DNA of 64,000 bases from Octopus vulgaris (GCA_951406725.2 OX597817.1:84692001-84756000); one strand, 5' to 3'; shown: positions 48,651-62,448, numbered from the stretch's first letter. Translations and numbers: made by a program. Notes: a model not told the origin generated them from the sequence alone.

Positions 48651-50384
48651 GTGAGTATGATTATATAGGAAATCAAAAATATATAAATAAATCTACTGGA
48701 TATGTAAACACGATTCACATGAGTTGGGTAAAAAAACAACAAAAAACAATTCCTTTTGGCGAGGCTTCACACTTTGTTGAGCAAATATCATGATCTCACC
48801 CAACCTGAAATTATTGTAATTAATTTACTGATCGTGTGTCACTCGAGGAAGTAAATAGAAACAGATTTTGGCAGACGAACTTTTTCCACACAAATGTCAG
48901 AAATGACATATTTGGGGTGGTCACCTCATGCTACCCAGATATGGAAATCCATTTAGGACAACATATATATCTACATTGCAATAAATCATATATTTATATA
49001 TATATGTAATTACTAACTGCCATGACTATAAAAGCATATACATTTGTCTCTACTGTTCTTACAGCTTCCGTAGTCTTTTAACATAATTATTTATACACCA
49101 TTCAAGTCTGCGTTTTCTGACTGCGTTGTGTGGAATATTGCCATAGAAATCCTTTATTTATGTATTACAGTTTCATTTCCTCTGTTTTGTTTACATCGAA
49201 CATTAAGTTTTACTACTTTCTCATACACAAGCTTATTTTTATGATACTTTTCAAATAATAAATCGTTGTTTTCACTCTGTCAAGTACATTTTTTAAATAT
49301 AAATCTGTGATAATATTTGGAGGGCTTCGAGGAATAGAAACCTTTTCTAATAGGTATAACTACAGTTTGGGATCCCACTGAATCTATTTCCTCATAACTT
49401 TCTGAAAAATGTATATTTTAAAAATGAAACTTTACAGAGATACATTTTCCAGTGTGTGGATTACAATTATGTTGACAAAATTGAAATTTTTGTAAAAGGA
49501 AGTTTCGGATCAGTTTCACACTTTCCGAATTTGTTTTCTCATAACTTTCTGTAAAATGAATATTTTTAAATGACATTTTGCAGAAATATTTTTGGTGAGT
49601 GTATACTACGTTATGTTGATGATTTGTTGTTTCAAACTTATAAATCTGAAAAAAAAACCCCCAAAAAAAAGTAAATGCTTCTGTGACGGAAATTGTTGGT
49701 CGTGGCGATTTGCGCTTAAGAACGATTTGAATACAATTGTAATCTTCATCATCGAAAATACATATCTGCAAACTTCTATTAAAAACAAGCATTTTTTAAA
49801 GAGTTATGAAGAAACTAAATTAGTGGGGTACTAATCTGTAGGAATGCCCTTATTTAACTACTAGCGGTGTCCTTGTTTATTTGAATGGGTGATTCTTGTT
49901 GCTATAAACAAATTAACGTTTGTATTTCAAACATCCTTCACAAACTGAAGTAGATAATATATTGCTTTCAAATTTTGGTGCAAATCCAGTCATTTCGGGG
50001 GAGTGGGTATATCGATTACATCGGTCTCCAGTGCTCAACTGGTATTTATTTTATCGACCCCGAACGGATGAAAGGCAAAAATCGATGTTGGCGTAGTTTG
50101 AACTCAGAATGAAGTGCCGTTAAGTATTTTGCTCGGCGTGCTAACTATTCTGCCAGCATGCCACCTTATGAGAGATAATATATCAAATTTACCACTAGTG
50201 AGAGTTTTATCTAATCTGAAATGTAATTAGACTTTGCACTAATTCATACGTCATTTTTAATCAATATTTTATACTGTTTTTTGACATTCACAGTATTTTC
50301 CTGCTTTTGTTGTTACTATAAACTGCATAAATATCTGATAATGCTAGACATATATTGTATATTAATGTTTGCTTTTGTGGCAAT

Positions 50385-50895
50385 CGGGTAATCTTTCGGA
50401 GAAGGTATATGAGCAGTGAAAATATTTGTTCGGTAATTTCCGTAAAAATTTTTTATTTATTTCTTTTTTGTTTTCAGCTTATGTTAATGTATTTTTGTGT
50501 ATGATGTGTTTATGTGTGTATTTATATATATTTGTGTATGTAAGTATATGCATGTATGTATGTATGTGCATACACAAATATACATGTGTATACACATACA
50601 TGCACACACAAATATGTATACATACACCCACATAAATACACATACGTACACAAAAAATACATAAACATAAGCGATTCACCTGGGGAAAATTGAAGAAATA
50701 GATCACGTACACAATATACATACATGCACATAAACACAAACATATACAAATATACATACATACACGCACATGCGCAAAAAATACATAAAAATAAACAATT
50801 CAGCTGGAAAGAAAAATTAAAGAAATAAAAAAAAATGTACGGAAATTGCCGAACAAATATTTTCACTACTCATGTAGTTTCTCTGAAAAATTAAT
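50385..50895. mobile_element. MITE-like inverted repeat with microsatellite interior
   Basis: atgagcagtgaaaatatttgttcggtaatttccgta vs tacggaaattgccgaacaaatatttttcactactcat. Confidence 0.7.
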
Positions 50896-53140
50896 TTTTG
50901 TATAAAGTACATATTTTATAGAGAAAGGTTGACTGGCCTTGGACTTTACTGTATGTATGTGTGTGTGATATCAATTATTTTTACACCTCAAAGGTGTCAT
51001 TGCTATTAAAAGAAAGCTTCAATAAAATTCAAACAATGTATTTCAAGATTGGGAGATAAACAATTGGGAGAAACGCAGACCTTGTTGATTTGATATTATT
51101 GAATCCCCCACTCTCTCTCTCTCACACACACAACTAGTACATCAAAGACAATTAGCTGCTGTGGTACCTTGAATTTCATGAAACCGTTATCTTGTCATTT
51201 TGTAATGTTGAATAATGTTATTCAGCATTATTCAGCCTTACTAAATGACAAGATAACAGTTACTGTCCATGTACAGATTATGGCCCTCTTTCGGTAAAAG
51301 TCTATGATGTCAAGAGTTTGCATGATACATTGTCTTACACTGCCTCTACAGAGTTGAACTGTCAAACGCACACTCACACACATACTCACTCATGACTGAC
51401 ATCATGTACTAATACCGAAACATTGCCTAGATTTTATATACATACATACATCTGTTATTATTAAGAGGAATAAGTATGTTATTCAATTATTCCAGTTCAG
51501 AATGGATTTGCCTTAAGCAATTTTCATATCCCTCGTGAATTTTCCACTGGTAGTGATATTTTCATAAATTTACCTTTTCAAAGTAAAATTCAAAAATAGA
51601 CATAAAAACAAAAAACTGCCTCAAAATTGTACTTACATATAATTAGACTGTTTACGACAGTTTCTTGCAGAATACTTTGTAACACCTTTTGGAATTGTAA
51701 GGTTTTGGGGAACTTGGGGGGAAAACACTGGGTTAAACCTAGTTTCATTGATGAGATCTAATAAAAGTGAAACATGCCCAGAGTTTTGTCTATTATTGCT
51801 GAAGCTCAGACTGCATGCCATATTTTAAAATGAATTCTAATTCTAGTGTTGTTACCTTTCTTTCATGAAAATTAATAATTAAGATGATGATTTTTCTGTC
51901 ATTATTTATTTTACCTTTGCACGTTTCTCTTTTAAAGAGATCTATTTGAAAGAGTGTATGTGTGTACAGGTAGATTATAGTGTGTGTGGGTTGGCAGTAA
52001 TATAGGGTCTTCATCATCATCATCATCACTTTAATATCCATGCTCTATGTTGGCATGGGTTGGACAGTTTGATAGGATCTGGTGAATTGTGCTCCATTGT
52101 CTATTTTGCCATGATTTCTATAGCTGGATGCCTTTCCTAATGCAAACCACCTTACTGTGTGTACTGGATTCTTTTTTCATGCTACCGTCACTAGCAAGGT
52201 TACCATGCAGCCTGCAAGACTATAAATCCCTAAGAAAGATAGCTTTATGCTAAGAGATGAGGGATTGAGAGATGGGGCCAGAGCAGAACAGGTTTTTTAC
52301 TGTAGAGTAGCTATATACTTACTCACATTTTAGAAAAGGGTAGGTATGATTTAGTTGGAATTAGAAAAAGACAATAATAGTAGTGATGAGATGTACTCAG
52401 ACCAATTTGTCATTTCATCTGTCTTTAGAATCCTACATGTAGGTGGGTGGAGATTTGAGTTCTCTTGTAACAATTTAGCACATTGCACATTTGCTTAAAT
52501 TAACAGTTGATTAACCTATTTGTATTCAGATTACTTTGCTGAACGTAATGCTCACTTATTCACATTCTTTTGAATTAATCATGCATTATCTCACACCTTC
52601 AAGATTTCCATTATGTAATATTTTTGTATTTAGATTGACATTATAGAATAGATAGATGTGAGAGCCAAGGTTTGGCCAGTTTGAACATAAAACAAATAAG
52701 AATATTTAGGTTGGACATGGCCATTTTAAATGTTAATGGATTAAGTCAGTCCTAGGACTTGACTGGTATATGTTTCATCAGCCCTCAGCAAAATGAAAGG
52801 CAAAGCTGGCTGTGGCAAGATTTGAACTGGGAACATAAAGAACCAAAGCAAAAACTGTCCTCATTTTTCTCTTTTCTCCCCACAGGTGTAATTATAATTA
52901 ATTAAAATCTTTTGGCTCAGTTTCGGTGCTTTTCTTTCATTTATGAAAATGAACTTATTCACTGTTATTAAAGTATTGCAGTCAGGCTATCTACTTAATT
53001 ATACATAATTAGTTTGTTGCTTTTGTTTGCAAATTCTTTCTTTTGATCCAATTCCTACTTATAACAAAAACCAAAACAAACATTACTTAAAGCTTTAATG
53101 TTTTATGAAATATTTACATCATCATTGTCATCAAAGTAGC

Positions 53141-53180
<40 letters not shown>

Positions 53181-53209
53181 GTTATTATTAGTATTAGTAT
53201 TGTTGTTGT

Positions 53210-53619
53210 TGTTGAAGACATTGCACAGTATCCAATATTGGGATATAGTAGATTGAAGATATTGTGTGTACTGGGGAGTTTTGCTGTCTGTCAAGTCATA
53301 ACAAGGACCACAAATAGCCAGCACTTAATGCAGTAACTGTGCAGTTCCAAGTAAAGACAATTCTAGCAATAACCCAAGATTCCAGTGTACTTTTTTAAGT
53401 GTCCAGATGTTTCTTTAGGTTAGGTGGTATTGAACTCTATGCTGCCATGACAACAGGAACTAGCTTTTACATTTGAATCTGACAGTTGCCCCATCTTGGT
53501 GATCTCAACTTTCAGGTCTCCATATTTGTGAAGCTTTTCTCTTTACTTCATGACAAGATGTTGATCTCCTGGCACTGCCACATCAATTATTAGGCACTGT
53601 TGCTTGTCCCTCTTAAAGA

Positions 53620-53620
<1 letters not shown>
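53210..53620 (-). pseudogene. Degenerate R4/Dong-like RLE 3' fragment between (ATT)n tracts
   Basis: The - strand gives QCLIIDVAVPGD...EKLHKYGDLKVEI. Confidence 0.65.
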
Positions 53621-53670
<50 letters not shown>

Positions 53671-53675
53671 CATTA

Positions 53676-54632
53676 CTAGCAGGATCCATGAATATTTCAT
53701 GGAATTAATGGTATACCTGCCTAGTTATTTCTGAAAACTTTATCTAAAAAACCTGAAAGTGTAGCCTATGTTGTGTCTGTATGGAAAGATAGTTGCTCAT
53801 TTGCTACTCATTGAGAAGTGAAATAAATTGGAATATGATGATTACATAATGCATTTTATATATACACTTTATATATTTAATGCACAATTTTATAGACTTA
53901 ATACACAGCACTCATGAAATAAATATGCACTCTTATTTTTCTATTTTTCCCATGAATAAAAAAAAATATCCTGTACATATGATACAACCTTTAGTTAAAT
54001 TGCAAATATCTGCCATGTAAATAAGCATGAATATTTCATGGAATTGCACTTATGCACATGTGTTAAGTGATATGTGATATAAAAAAGTTAGTTCAATTTT
54101 TTTTTTAAATGCACTTTTCACTATCCAATCACCACCACCACCTCCATCTCTTCCACCACCACCTCCATCTCCACTACTACCACCACCACCATCATCATTA
54201 TCTCTCTCCTCACTCTCTCTCTCTCTCTCTCTGCCTTTCTTTAAACTCATCATAAGAACATCACCCATCTGCTAAAATTATATTTTTAACTCTCCTCCTC
54301 TATATCATCATTACTTTCATCTAATTTTTTTAACCATGTAATAAATATTATGTTCCCCCTACTTCACACCATGGACACTTCTATCTCCATCCTTTCTTTT
54401 TCTTTCTCCCTCTTTCTGTGTCACTCTTTGCCTTATACTCTTTTTCTCCTTTTTCTTCTTCCTCACTTTCCCTTCAACTAATCATGTGAAAGCATTACAA
54501 GTACATTCCCTCTACTTCACATCATGGGCACTTCTCTCTCCCCCTTTCCTTTTTCGCTTTTTTTCTCTAATCACATGAAAGTGTTACTGATGGGCTAAGT
54601 AACAGAATGACAAGCAGAATTATTATAATATT
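53676..54632 (-). mobile_element. Non-autonomous Helitron-like element
   Basis: The - strand 3' end has the hairpin TCCATGAA-ata-TTCATGGA, then tcctg-CTAG|T. The putative 5' end is degenerate. Confidence 0.45.
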
Positions 54633-54990
54633 TAGCAGTCTTATTTTTATGACATGCTTTCACTGCACTACTGAGCACAGCTCTGTGTGCCTTTGGTATG
54701 TGCTGTAGTTTGTCATGGTGCTCTTATTTTTACTGTACTATTGTTGTTGTTATTGTTGTTACTAAGGTGGCAAGCTGCCAAAATTGTTAGTACACCAGGT
54801 GAAATGCTTAATGGCATTTTATCTGTCTTCATGTTCTATGTTCAAATTCTGCCAAAGTCGACTTTGCCTTTTGTCCTTTTGGGGTCAATAAAATAAGTAC
54901 CAGTTAAGTACAGGGTCAATGTAATCAACTTACCCCTGTCCCCTGAAATTACTGACCTCGAGCCAAAATTTGAAATCATTATTATTATTA

Positions 54991-55025
<35 letters not shown>

Positions 55026-55079
55026 GTTATTGTTATTATTATTATTATTGTTATTATTATTATTGTTATTCTATGTTTG

Positions 55080-55845
55080 ACTTTTGCTTTATGTCTGTAC
55101 AAGTTGGCTCCAAGTCTCACCCAGAGACCTCAAGAGACAACAGGTTGGAAGTTCTGTGCCATATATTTGGGTTTTTTTTTTGTTTTTTGTTTTTTTTTGG
55201 TGTTGTACTAGTGAATGTCTAATACATAAAAAAAAAAGTTTGTTTTAAACCTTGGGATTACATAGAGAGTATTTTGCGTAGGATATGAGCAGTTCCCATG
55301 AGCACTATCTTTTGAATTTCTGCCATTTTGGGGTTTCCTGGTATCTGAGTTAGGTAGCAATCAGTCCCTTTTGCTATCATTCCCAGGGCACCTATGACAA
55401 CAGGTATTGTTTTAGTCTTCAGCTTCCACATTTTGCTGATTTCTATTTCAAGATCTTTATATTTGCTCAGTTTTTGGTAGGTCTTGACAGATACGTTTAT
55501 ATCGATTGGGACAGTCATATCAATGAGGAGGCATGTTCTTTGTCTGAAGTCTTTCAATATGATGTCTGGCCTATTTGCATCTATCTTCCTGTCAGTTTGA
55601 ATGGTGAAGTTCCAGAGGAGTGAGATATGGTCATTTTCAAGCACTGGAGGTGGATTGTGTTCCCACCAGTTTTTTTCATGGGACAAATCCAGGTTTTTGC
55701 AAATTACCCAGTGAATATATTGTGCAGCTTTATCATGCCTACTGAGGTACTCTGTAGGCGCTAGAAGACTGCATTTGGAGACAACATGATCAATGGTTTC
55801 ATTTTGTTGTTGGCATACACGACATGTTGGGCTACTGCTGTTCTT
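55080..55845 (-). mobile_element. R4/Dong-clade non-LTR 3' fragment (CCHC plus RLE domain)
   Basis: CRVC...ETIDHVVSKC...RHDK, LLWNFTIQTDRKIDANRPDII...LIDMTVP...KLSKYKDL...IPVVIGALG. Flanked by (ATT)n on both sides. Confidence 0.85.
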
Positions 55846-56149
55846 TTATTATTATTGTTATTATTATTATTATTATTATTAATGTGTTGAGCTAGCAGAA
55901 TTGTGAGTACGCCAGGCAAAATGTTTAGTAGCATTTACGTCTTTACGTTCTGAATTCAAATTCTGCCTTTCATCCTTTCGGGGTCAATAAAATAAGTACC
56001 AGTTGATTACTGGGGTAGATTTCATCAACTTACCCCTCCCCCAAATTACTGGCCTTGTGCCAAAATTTGTTGGAAGGAGTGGATACTTGTTTGTAGTTCA
56101 TAAGTTTTCTTTAAAATTTGTTGTTTTATTAGCTGGTATTCCAATTCTG

Positions 56150-57440
56150 TTTTTTAGCTGTTTGTTAAATAAACCAGCTCACTGCAAGTGAAATGTGCTG
56201 GTCTGGTGAGAATTTGCCCTTTAAGGGAAAATTCTGAGATTTAAAATAAAAAATTTAACATTTTAAAACAAAAAAATATCAATATGGCTTCCCAAATGGA
56301 GGGAAGTGGTAGCTGTTGGAACAGCTGTTATGGTCAAGAAACAAAGCTCAGACAGCAGCAGCATCATAAACAGTAGTGATGAGCAGGATATATTTTAAAA
56401 TAACACAAGCACAACCTCCACCACTGTCTCCAGTATCAACACCATCACCAAATCCAACAGGAGCATTAATAAAATGACAATAATGGCTGTTTTATTTCAA
56501 AGCAGAATGGAAATGGTTTCTCACAAGCTTGTTGCAAAATGAAAAAAGTTGAGTTGACAGAAAAAAACACGGAGCAACACCAAAGTGCATTTAACAAAGA
56601 ATGGGAGAATAGTCTTCCTTAACATGCCAGAGGAGATACAGGTAAACAATAAGAAAAAAAAACATTGTATATAAATGTATTTCAATAAAGAATAGGCAAC
56701 AGGAATGAGCAATTCAGATCCAGATTGAAAATGCCCAAGACCTGTCTGGAGTTTAAAAACTTATGTTGCCCATGGAAAACTCTTTGGCACAGTTAGGGTA
56801 AGATTCTCAACTGAAGAATTAACCAAAAAAAGTTAATTAAGGCTAATCCCTACCTAATTCCCACATACCTTGGTCAAAGGGTGTTCAAAATAAAGGTAGT
56901 GGAGGTGCCACCAAAAGTGGACATCTTGCTGATTATATTATATGGCATAGAGAGCAAAACAAAAATACTGCAAGTCAACAAAATGGGAAAGCCAAATTGG
57001 TCAGGCACAGATATGGAAATGTAGATACACTCTGATCTGAGCATTATCAAAGCTGTACCTAGCCTGATCAACCTCCCTAATGGAATGCAGTTATTTGTAG
57101 CAGTAAAGAGCAGAAAGCCAAGATGATGTTTGTGGGAAGACAAGCCATTTAAAGGCTTCCTGTCCCATGCAAAGAAAGGAAAAACCCTGCTATTGCAAAC
57201 ACCTTTAACACAACCCCAACAACAGTATCAAAAGCACCAGCAATAACAACATCAATGCCAAGAGCAGCAGTATCCCAAACATCAATAGAAAGAGCAGCAG
57301 GAAAGATCCATTATACAACAACATCAGCAGTAAGCACCAGTACCACACCTGAGTAAAACAATAACATCACTTGCACCATTACAATCAAGAGAAGCCTCAT
57401 CCACATTAGTCGACTAAGCCATCAGCTTAAAAATACGTGA
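56150..57440 (+). mobile_element. Second, highly decayed ORF1-only element
   Basis: Broken frames TVRVRFSTEE, YLGQRVFKIKV and NLPNGMQLFVAV..RKPR*CL...SHLKASCP are homologous to 9831-10488. Confidence 0.5.
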
Positions 57441-58416
57441 CTGTGCTGACATACCTAATGATAATAATCAAACAAGCAAGATCATAAAGCCAGTTTCCCA
57501 GATTCTGCGGCATATACATTTTGTCCCCGCCAGCATGGGACTCTTGTCTGCCACAGGATTACTCATTTTTACTAGTTGAGTGGCAACATGAAATGAAGTG
57601 TTTTGCCCAAGAACATAATGCATCACCCAGTCCAGGAATCAAAACCTCAATCTTATGATCATGAGTGAAACACCCTAACCATTAACCCATGTGCTTTCAC
57701 AATAATAATGATAATAATAATAATAATAATGGTTACAAATTTTAGCACAGGGCCAGTACAAATTTTAGTACAAGAAGGATAGGGCTAGTTAATCATATCC
57801 ACCCCAGTACTTGACTGATACTATGATTTATCAACCCTGAACGGATGAAATGCAAAGTTGACCTTGCAGGTAATTGAACTCAGAATATAAAGAGCTGGGA
57901 AAAATGCTACTAAGAATTTTTTCCTACATTCTATTGATTCTGCCAGCTTGCCACCTTAATATATCATGATAATAATGATAATTCTTTCTGCTACAGGCAC
58001 AAAACCTGAAATTTTGGTGGAGGGGCTTGTTGATTATATGAACCCGAATGCTTAGCTGGGACTTATTTTATTGACCCCGAAAGGATGAAAGGATAAATCA
58101 ACTTTGGCAGAATAATAATAATGGTTATAAATTTTAGCACAAGGCCAGTAATGATGCTATAATTTATCAACCCTGAATTGTAAGAAATGCCGCTAAATAT
58201 GTTTTCTGACATGCTAGTGATTCTGTCAGACTCACCATCTTTATATATAATAGTAATAATCATAATAATAATAATACATAATATAGATATATAAAATGAT
58301 ATATATATTGTAATAATAAATATGTATCAGTTTAGAGACAAATTTACATTTAACAGTGAAGTTTTTGACTCTACTCTTGTATTCAACTTCTTACCAGTAT
58401 TTCTAATTTCTTTTAG

Positions 58417-58531
58417 AGTTCAGGTTTATACAAGTACAAAGTCTTTGGAGAAATGGATTTAGATCCTGAAATATGCTCACAGGTGTACATGGATCTTGAA
58501 TATCGTAAGACATGGGACAACTATGTACATG
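58417..58531 (+). CDS. PCTP: PCTP exon 2
   Basis: ttttag|SSGLYKYKVFGEMDLDPEICSQVYMDLEYRKTWDNYVH, G|GTGAGT, phase 1. Confidence 0.9.
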
Positions 58532-59554
58532 GTGAGTGAATCAGTTGCTTGATTACAGTAATAAGGTTATTATTGTTAAGGAAGTAATGTGAAGTTACGT
58601 TTTTAAAAAAAATCAAATTGTATATAAATATATTTCTTTTGAATAAGTTTCATTTTGTTGTCTGCCCATCAAATTGTTGGCTTTCACTGAAACTTGGAAC
58701 ATCAACTTTCTCTTAGCCAATTCACTGTTTCTCATAATGTTAAAAAAAAAGATCTAATAAAAAACTGATAGTTTTAACATCACAGTTTTATAATAATGAA
58801 AAGTGTAAAAAATATATGATATAAAGTTGATTGTTTAATTCATGGGCTGCATGAAAGTCAAAACAGAGTCAAAACAATACTGCATCTGTTCATTCTTATG
58901 TTCTGGCAAATTCAAATAGGAATATCTGATTGCTGTCGTTTTTCATCATTGGAGATTAGCTAGTCTCTTTTGATGATGTGTGTCCATAATACATGTGATT
59001 TACCACTGTAAGAGAACTTTGAGATACAATAGATTTTCAATTTATTGTGTGTCTCCTCAGTCAAAGCTGCTTTGCCAGACTCATGAATATAACAAGAGCA
59101 TGAGTTTCTTGTTTATAGAAATCAACAATGAAATTATTTGCTGATGTCTGCCAAACAGATACTAATTGATGGGGTGCACACAGGACAACAAGCATTCAAA
59201 CAATAACATACCTATTCATTCGTAATACATTTTGACAGATTTAAACATGAATATGCTGATTGCTGTTGTATTTTATCATATACAAGAAAATATTGAGAAT
59301 GAAAGGATATATTATTATTTTAATTTCAAAGTTTTATAACATTTCAGTTTATGAGCATTGTAAATGATATGATATAATGTAAAGTTGATAGAGTTAACAA
59401 TTTTATAACACTATAGTCTATGAACACTGAACAGAATTACTTTTTAGTCTTAAAATAAAAGATATTAACAATTAAAAATAAATAAAATAATTGCATCAAT
59501 CAAATGTGTTAATATTAGTTGTTTTTTCTTTTCTTTTTCTTATATCATTTACAG

Positions 59555-59634
59555 AGCTGTATGAAAAAGAAGCAGATAATAAAAAACTCATCTACTGGGG
59601 AGTGAAATTCCCCAAACCTATGTCTTACCGTGAT
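59555..59634 (+). CDS. PCTP: PCTP exon 3, followed by a U12-type intron; gene continues beyond the window
   Basis: tttacag|(E)LYEKEADNKKLIYWGVKFPKPMSYRD|GTATCCTT. Frames of all three exons join. Confidence 0.9.
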
Positions 59635-60145
59635 GTATCCTTCAAATACGAAACTATCATTAATGATATATTTTTGTATCTTTTGTAACTACTATCAGAT
59701 TTAAATGTTGTAGAATCATGATTACCGAAACTAATTATCCAATTCACTTGAGTTAGAAAATATAGGTTAGTATAGGTTAAAGTATTCAAGAATAAAATAC
59801 ATGTTCTACCAATACTTATTTTCAATCAAAATATTTTGGTATGCCAATCAAGATGATTATAAAACTGTATTCTATGGTCCACGAGAATAGCAGATTAATT
59901 ATTTAGTGATGGTCTCTCCCATCTAGGACAACGTATGAGTGTTCAGCTTTTGCTGAATGACCTGCACAAATAATTTGTTTATAGTGAACAAATGTATGTG
60001 TTGTACCTTAGCTCACTCCCACCATCAAATTGACATTGCCTGAACAGGTGCATGGTGTACCACATGTCAGATGTCAAAGTGATTGCAGAGCAACATGAAA
60101 TGAAGTGTTTTACTCAAGAATACAACACACCACCCAGTCTAGGAA

Positions 60146-60522
60146 TTGGGATACCAGTGCCCGTGGCATGTAAGAGAACCATCTGAACGTGGCTGTTGCC
60201 AGTGCCACCCCGACTGGCCTCCATGCCTATGGCACGTAAAAAGCACCATCCGATCATGGCCATTGCCAGCCTCACCTGGCCTCCGTGCTGGTGGCACGTA
60301 AAAAGCACCATCTGAGCGTGGCCGTCTGCCAGCCTCGTCTGGCACGTAAAAAGCACCCACTACACTCACGGAGTGGTTGGCATTAGGAAGGGCATCCAGC
60401 TGTAGAAACATTGCCAGATCAGACTGGGCCTAGTGCAGCCTTCTGGCTTCCCAGACCCCAGTTGAACCGTCCAACCCATGCTAGCATGGAAAGCGGATGC
60501 TAAACGATGATGATAATGATGA
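60146..60522 (+). mobile_element. RTE 3' tail inserted into a V-type SINE
   Basis: The tail ends catgctagcatggaaagcggatgctaaacgatgatg, and SINE halves flank it. Confidence 0.75.
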
Positions 60523-60937
60523 TTATCTCACAGTCATGAGTGCAAGACCCTAACCACTAGGCTATTATTTAGTATTTGTTTTAATGTTCGTAATACAAGG
60601 TGCAGCATAAAAACCTCCTATATTTTACACAGCCATTGGTGGGGTGCTTGTCAAGTTAGGAAGGCGTCTTTGTGTAGTTAATGTTTCACTATATTTTTTA
60701 TGTTACCATTATGGTTTGCACTTGTGTATGGCATGTTTGTTCTTTGGTGCACATTGCTAGTGGAGCAGCCATGCTTACACTGTAAAGCCAGAAAGAAAAA
60801 CTGCATGATCCGGCTCAAACTTCAATCATGTGACCACAATAGTACCAACTATAAGCACACATGCGCAGAAGGCAGTGTGACAATAATAAAGATATATTAT
60901 GGCGGGCGAAAGTGTGGATAATTTTTGACTTCCCCTC

Positions 60938-60971
<34 letters not shown>

Positions 60972-61904
60972 GCATATATATATCTTATCTATATACTTAA
61001 AAAAAGCAAAGTTTGCTTGTGTGTTTGTTTGTTTGTTTGTATGTTGACTGCTGAAAACACTAAATAAAATTGATAATATAGTAGCTTTTATGTGTTGTTT
61101 CAATTAATTTGACCATTGTGCACTTATTTTCTGAAAACAGAATGATGGTGGGGCCAAGTTGGTAGTTTATTGGATCCTATTTCTAGCAATCCACATACTG
61201 TCTATTTCACTGTAGTGCTTTTTACAGTATGCAAAAATACTCCACCTATCACTCAATCCACCTTCAACTTAATACATAACATTTATTCCTTTGAAGTCAC
61301 CACTTGACCTATGCTTTCTCTCTGTCTATATGTCCCTCTCTGTGTCTCTATGTCTCTCATTATCTCCCTCTCTCTCTCTGGTTGTATATGTGTTCCTCTC
61401 TCTCCCTGCCTATACCTCTTTTTCTCTCAGAGAAAGCAGGTTATGGAGAAAAAACACAAGTGAGATGCCAGACCTCTTCTTTCTCCGTGTCTATATGTCA
61501 ATTTTTCTCACTATCTCCCTGTCACACTCTCTCTGGTTGTATATGTGTGTCTCTCTCACTACCTCTACCTCTTTTTTGCCCTAGAGAAAAAATACCTGAG
61601 ACAGATAGAAAGTGGGGTTAGGAAGAAAAATCAAGTGAGATAGAGCAGGGAAGAGACAGAAGACAGACAGACAACTTTTATTGTAAGGAAAATGGGCATT
61701 ACAATAGTATACATACATACATACATACATACATACGTATATATACTAGCAGGCCTGCTGGCCTTCAGCTCGGTCTGTACGGTGCTGATATGTATCAATA
61801 AGGCACAAACATACCAGACCACTTACAGAGACCAGCAAATCATCCAGAGATACATGAATGTATTTTAGCATATTGTGATGAATAATATATATGTATATAT
61901 ATCA

Positions 61905-62240
61905 TCATCAGCATCATCATCATTTAACGTCTGTTGTCCATGGGTTGGATGGTTTAACTGGGCTAGCACGCTGATTTGGCATGGTTTTCTATGGCTGGAT
62001 GCCGTTTCTAATGCCAACCACACAAAGAGCATAGTGGGTGCTTTTACAGGTGCCATTTGCGTGAAACCAAGAGTGCCAATTTGCTTGACATCAGTATCTG
62101 CCACGACTGCAATTTTGCTCAGCTTGATGGGCCTTCTCAAGCGTGACATAATGTCAGAAGTCTTGGTCATTGCCTTCATAAAGCCCAACACTCGAAAGGA
62201 ACTCAGTCACTATGCCTCCCTGAGGCCCAATGCCTGAAAG
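61905..62240 (-). mobile_element. RTE 3' tail fragment
   Basis: (CAT)n-ttaacgtc...ctggatgcc...gccaacca motif. Confidence 0.7.
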
Positions 62241-62288
62241 GAACTCAGCCACTTGGCCACTGTCAGGCCCATATATATATATATTATG

Positions 62289-62341
<53 letters not shown>

Positions 62342-62343
<2 letters not shown>

Positions 62344-62448
62344 GAATCCACTCATGGGATTCATCACGCTAGAAAAAACAGCTAGGCTTTTGTGGTTTTG
62401 GAACTTAGCTGTTCTTTCTAGCATGTTGAATCCCACGAGTGGATTCCT
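62342..62448. repeat. Palindromic MITE-like hairpin
   Basis: aggaatccactcatgggattca...gctagaaaaaacagcta / tagctgttctttctagc...tgaatcccacgagtggattcct. Confidence 0.8.
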
